Positions 46,967 through 50,038 of a DNA stretch of 50,038 nucleotides are shown one piece after another. Both the position numbers and the translations under genes were made by a program. The notes below the pieces were generated by a model. It saw only the letters and a list, made by a program, of their open reading frames with translations, searched no databases and was not told the DNA's origin. The stretch is from positions 1-50,038 of the forward strand of contig JBFWVI010000021.1 in NCBI GenBank assembly GCA_050246815.1, written 5' to 3'. Each line of letters begins with the position of its first letter. Within the stretch, counting starts at the first letter, position 1. This DNA comes from Bdellovibrionales bacterium. Lineage in GTDB: Bacteria > Bdellovibrionota > Bdellovibrionia > Bdellovibrionales > UBA1609.

Positions 46967-47875
46967 TTAGAGTTGAGTGCGGATGTACTGCGACACGGCA
47001 AGCGTATAGCCGGTGGGAATGCGAATCCGATGGTTCTTGATGTTACCGGGAACAAATCCCTTCAGCAGTTCGGGGTTAAGTCTTTGCAGCATCGAGGCTT
47101 CGACCCCCACTGCAGCGGCCAGGTTGATCAAGTCCGTGCCACCGGGGACATAAAAATATTCATATCGATAGGGCTCATTGGGAACAATGTCGGTAAACCC
47201 ATAGAGTTTTGGCACTTTTGCGATCAACATCGCCGCCAGCATTTTTGGAATGTAGTCACGGGTTTCAGCGGGGAAATCGGATTTTTTTGATAACACCCAA
47301 TAATTGTTGGTGCCATGCTTGGCGATCAGTCTTTTCAAGCGGCCCTCACCCATATTGTAGGCGGCAGCAGTCAGATACCAGGACCCGAACATTTTGTACA
47401 AGTCACCCAGGTAGCGTGCGGCAGCGGTGGTGCTTTTTTGAAAGTCGCGGCGCTCATCAATCCACCAATTGATCTTGAGCCCATAGCGTGCGGCCGTGCT
47501 GCTGATGAATTGCCAATAGCCGACAGCCGAAGCCGTGCTTTCGGCATGTGGCGAGAAACCACTTTCGATCATTGAGATGTAGGCAAGATCCTGAGGCATG
47601 CTGCGCTCACGCAGCAGACGTTTCATAATCGGCAGGTAGCGATGCGATCTTTCAAGACGAGTGTGGTACCACTTTTTGCCGCGGCCTTGAAAGTAATTGA
47701 TCCATTCTTTGACCTTCACATTGTAGGTGACCGGGATGTCAAAAAAGGGTTGCGCGTCCACGGGGGTGTAAGTGGCCGGGCGTGAGGTGGGGACGGCAGA
47801 CCAAACCGCATTGCTGAAAAAGCAAAGGGTCAGGGCAAGCGTGGTGAACATCCTGTTCATCGGGTTTTCGGTCAT
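46967..47875 (-). CDS. Lytic murein transglycosylase, MltD-like (SLT domain plus LysM-like remnant)
   Basis: MIESGF, AVGYWQFI, DERRDFQKST, AAYNMGEG, ETRDYIPK, LQRLNPEL; signal peptide. Confidence 0.9.
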   Translation of the reverse strand: MTENPMNRMFTTLALTLCFFSNAVWSAVPTSRPATYTPVDAQPFFDIPVTYNVKVKEWINYFQGRGKKWYHTRLERSHRYLPIMKRLLRERSMPQDLAYISMIESGFSPHAESTASAVGYWQFISSTAARYGLKINWWIDERRDFQKSTTAAARYLGDLYKMFGSWYLTAAAYNMGEGRLKRLIAKHGTNNYWVLSKKSDFPAETRDYIPKMLAAMLIAKVPKLYGFTDIVPNEPYRYEYFYVPGGTDLINLAAAVGVEASMLQRLNPELLKGFVPGNIKNHRIRIPTGYTLAVSQYIRTQL

Positions 47876-48109
47876 CGTCTTTGATTATGCTTCAAGTGAT
47901 GAGCATCGGTCGAGAGCAGCGTCATAAATAAATGACAATCCAGTCAGGGTGATGACAGGCCCAATGACTAAGCGTGCGACTTTGGTCGAGGCCAGCAGAC
48001 ATGCTCCGCGCATTCTCTTCGGCCCGATCCAGCATTCAATTGAGTCTGGAAGAATGGATTTGGTCGTTGGTCGATGGGTTTGCGCGACAGCGTTTTGGTC
48101 GAGTCTTGG

Positions 48110-48125
48110 TGGCACATGGCTTGCT
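48110..48125 (+). promoter_or_regulatory. Sigma54 promoter of the flgFGA operon
   Basis: TGGCACATGGCTTGCT matches TGGCAC-N5-TTGCW, upstream of SD GGAGG and ATG 48154. Confidence 0.8.
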
Positions 48126-48153
48126 GATACTGAAGGTTGGATGGGGAGGAGAC

Positions 48154-48957
48154 ATGAGTAGCAAAGGCATATTCACGGCTTTGAGTGGTGCGATGGCCCA
48201 GAGCCAACGTCTGGATACAATTGCCAACAACATTGCCAACGCCAACACCACCTCGTTCAAAAAAGATCAGCAAACATTCTATGAATATTTGAGCGCGGCC
48301 GAAAAAACTCCCGACGTCATCCAAGTGCCGCGAGTTCCCGCATCCACTGAAAGTTTTTATGACATGCAAGGTGGCGATCGAGGCTATGTGGACTCGGCGG
48401 GCACCTTCACCGATTTCACTCAAGGTCAGCTAAGACCGACAGGCTCGACTTTGGACGTGGCTTTAGAAGGGCGTGGTCTGCTTGAGGTTTTATCCCCGCA
48501 AGGCGTTCGCCTGACTCGTAATGGTCAGCTTAAAATCGACAGCAACGGCACTTTGGTGACCAAAGAAGGTTTCCCAGTGTTGCGCGACGGTTCGCAAGAT
48601 CCAGCCCAGCGCCGTATCCAAGTGGAGGGTCGCAATCTGACGATCTCGCAGAATGGCGAAATTTACGACAATGGCAATCAACTGGCCCGCTTGTCTGTGG
48701 TCGAAGTCGCCAACCCGGATTCTTTGCAGAAGGTGGGAACGTCCATGTACGCGCTAAAACCCAACTTCAACGAAACATTGACGCCCTCGAATGAAACCCA
48801 AGTGCGACAAGGTTTTATCGAACTCAGCAACGTCAATATCGTGGATGAGATGACAGATATGATCAGTGCGTCGCGTGCCTTTGAAACCGCCCAGCGCGCG
48901 ATGAAAGCATTTGATCAGATGGATGATAAATTAGTGAACGAAGTGGCGAAAACTTAA
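48154..48957 (+). CDS. flgF: Flagellar basal-body rod protein FlgF
   Basis: IANNIANANTTSFK, LDVALEG, TRNGQL, ELSNVNIVDEM; precedes flgG. Confidence 0.88.
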   Translation: MSSKGIFTALSGAMAQSQRLDTIANNIANANTTSFKKDQQTFYEYLSAAEKTPDVIQVPRVPASTESFYDMQGGDRGYVDSAGTFTDFTQGQLRPTGSTLDVALEGRGLLEVLSPQGVRLTRNGQLKIDSNGTLVTKEGFPVLRDGSQDPAQRRIQVEGRNLTISQNGEIYDNGNQLARLSVVEVANPDSLQKVGTSMYALKPNFNETLTPSNETQVRQGFIELSNVNIVDEMTDMISASRAFETAQRAMKAFDQMDDKLVNEVAKT

Positions 48958-48975
48958 ACTTGGTAGGTCAAAGTT

Positions 48976-49761
48976 ATGATTAAGTCATTGAACACAGCGG
49001 CCACAGGCATGAAAGCACAACAGACCAATATGGATGTGATCGCGAACAATCTGGCCAACGTCAGCACCACGGGCTTCAAAAAGGCCCGGGCGGAATTCGA
49101 AGATCTGATGTATCAAACAGAAAAAGAGCCAGGCGCAGCAACCGGCAACAATGCCACCACGCCCACGGGCGTGCAAGTGGGTTTGGGCGTGAAGACCAGT
49201 GCCGTGCAGAAAGATTTCGAGCAAGGCTCGACCAAGATCACCAAAAATGCATTGGATATGGAGATCAACGGCAGCGGCTTTTTTCCGGTGCAACAGCCCA
49301 ATGGGCAAATCGCTTACACGCGAGACGGCGCATTTAAAAAAGGCGCGGACGGCCGCCTGCAAGATCGCAATGGTAATTTGTTACAGCCAGAAATCGTGAT
49401 CCCACCCAACGCCACGGGCGTTGAGATTTCGGGTAACGGACAGGTTTCCATTTTGGTCGATCTGAACACCGTGCCGCAAAATATCGGGCAAATCCAATTG
49501 GTGAACTTCGTCAACCCCGCCGGATTAAAATCCATCGGCTCGAACTTGTTTTTGCCATCGAACAGCAGTGGCCTGCCGCAACAAGGGACGCCGGGTGACA
49601 ACGGCATGGGCAGTCTTTCACAAGGTCAGCTTGAGACCAGCAATGTGAATATTGTGGATGAAATGGTGAATATGATCACTGCACAGCGCTCGTACGAAAC
49701 CAACTCAAAAGTGATTCAGGCTTCGGACCAGATGCTGCAAGCCATTAATGCGTTGAGGTAA
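48976..49761 (+). CDS. flgG: Flagellar basal-body rod protein FlgG
   Basis: ANNLANVSTTGFKK..AEFEDLMYQ, GVQVGLG, YTRDGAF, LETSNVNIVDEMVNMITAQRSYE. Confidence 0.96.
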   Translation: MIKSLNTAATGMKAQQTNMDVIANNLANVSTTGFKKARAEFEDLMYQTEKEPGAATGNNATTPTGVQVGLGVKTSAVQKDFEQGSTKITKNALDMEINGSGFFPVQQPNGQIAYTRDGAFKKGADGRLQDRNGNLLQPEIVIPPNATGVEISGNGQVSILVDLNTVPQNIGQIQLVNFVNPAGLKSIGSNLFLPSNSSGLPQQGTPGDNGMGSLSQGQLETSNVNIVDEMVNMITAQRSYETNSKVIQASDQMLQAINALR

Positions 49762-50038
49762 ATGATGTCGGCTTGGTGGGCTTTGGCAATTTTATTGGCA
49801 AGTATGACGGCGAAAGCCGAGCCTGCGATTGTGGTGCGCCCGCACACACAAATGGTCCAGTCGAAAGCTATTTTGTTGCAGGATTTGGCCGAATTTTTTG
49901 ACGTCGACCGCAAGGTAAGTTCGATCTTGGGTGGTATTCGTTTGGCGGATGGTTTGGCCAATGGCGAACGTCTGGAATTTAGTGGCAGCACGATTTCGCA
50001 ATTGCTACGCAATCACAAACTTTGGCAGGCCAATGTGA
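49762..50038 (+). CDS. flgA: Probable flagellar P-ring formation chaperone FlgA, partial (runs off the right edge)
   Basis: Not in the ORF track. Open frame MMSAWWALAILLASMTAKAEPAIVVRPHTQMVQSKAILLQDLAEF... starts right after the flgG stop; signal peptide; flgFG-flgA gene order. Confidence 0.6.
   Translation, partial: MMSAWWALAILLASMTAKAEPAIVVRPHTQMVQSKAILLQDLAEFFDVDRKVSSILGGIRLADGLANGERLEFSGSTISQLLRNHKLWQANV

Noticed and set aside
1..50038. CRISPR array, prophage, integrase/transposase, tRNA/rRNA, defence island
   Set aside because: No repeat-spacer periodicity, no recognisable mobile or defence protein motifs, and no cloverleaf or rRNA signatures seen

Overview
About 50 kb of densely coding bacterial chromosome. 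By gene content and style it is most consistent with a predatory Bdellovibrionota (Bdellovibrionales-like) genome; this is inference, no search was run. Housekeeping blocks: menaquinone-related genes (4HBT thioesterase, polyprenyl synthase, menA), rsmJ-like methylase, elbB, nth-doxX-thiBPQ, add, transketolase, uup, tatA, pcnB, trehalase, DEAD-box helicase, mutY-tolB-like, speB, pilT-recX-alaS, pgpA-pncC-recA, aspartate kinase, an MltD-like transglycosylase and the start of flgFGA. These are interspersed with signal-peptide orphans. I saw no CRISPR array, tRNA/rRNA, integrase or transposase. The best unexplained signal is a candidate ~134-nt sigma54-dependent small RNA at 46727-46860 (minus strand), with a -24/-12 promoter, two GNRA-capped hairpins, an A-rich linker and an intrinsic terminator, between the transglycosylase and lysC. 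Other observations: a recurring leaderless-mRNA promoter geometry (about 8 genes), a PP2C pseudo-phosphatase, a Cys-rich secreted lysozyme-like three-gene operon, a nested aspartokinase beta-subunit start, a 26-bp palindromic repeat present twice, a 24-bp-arm inverted repeat before uup, and a decayed GNAT pseudogene.
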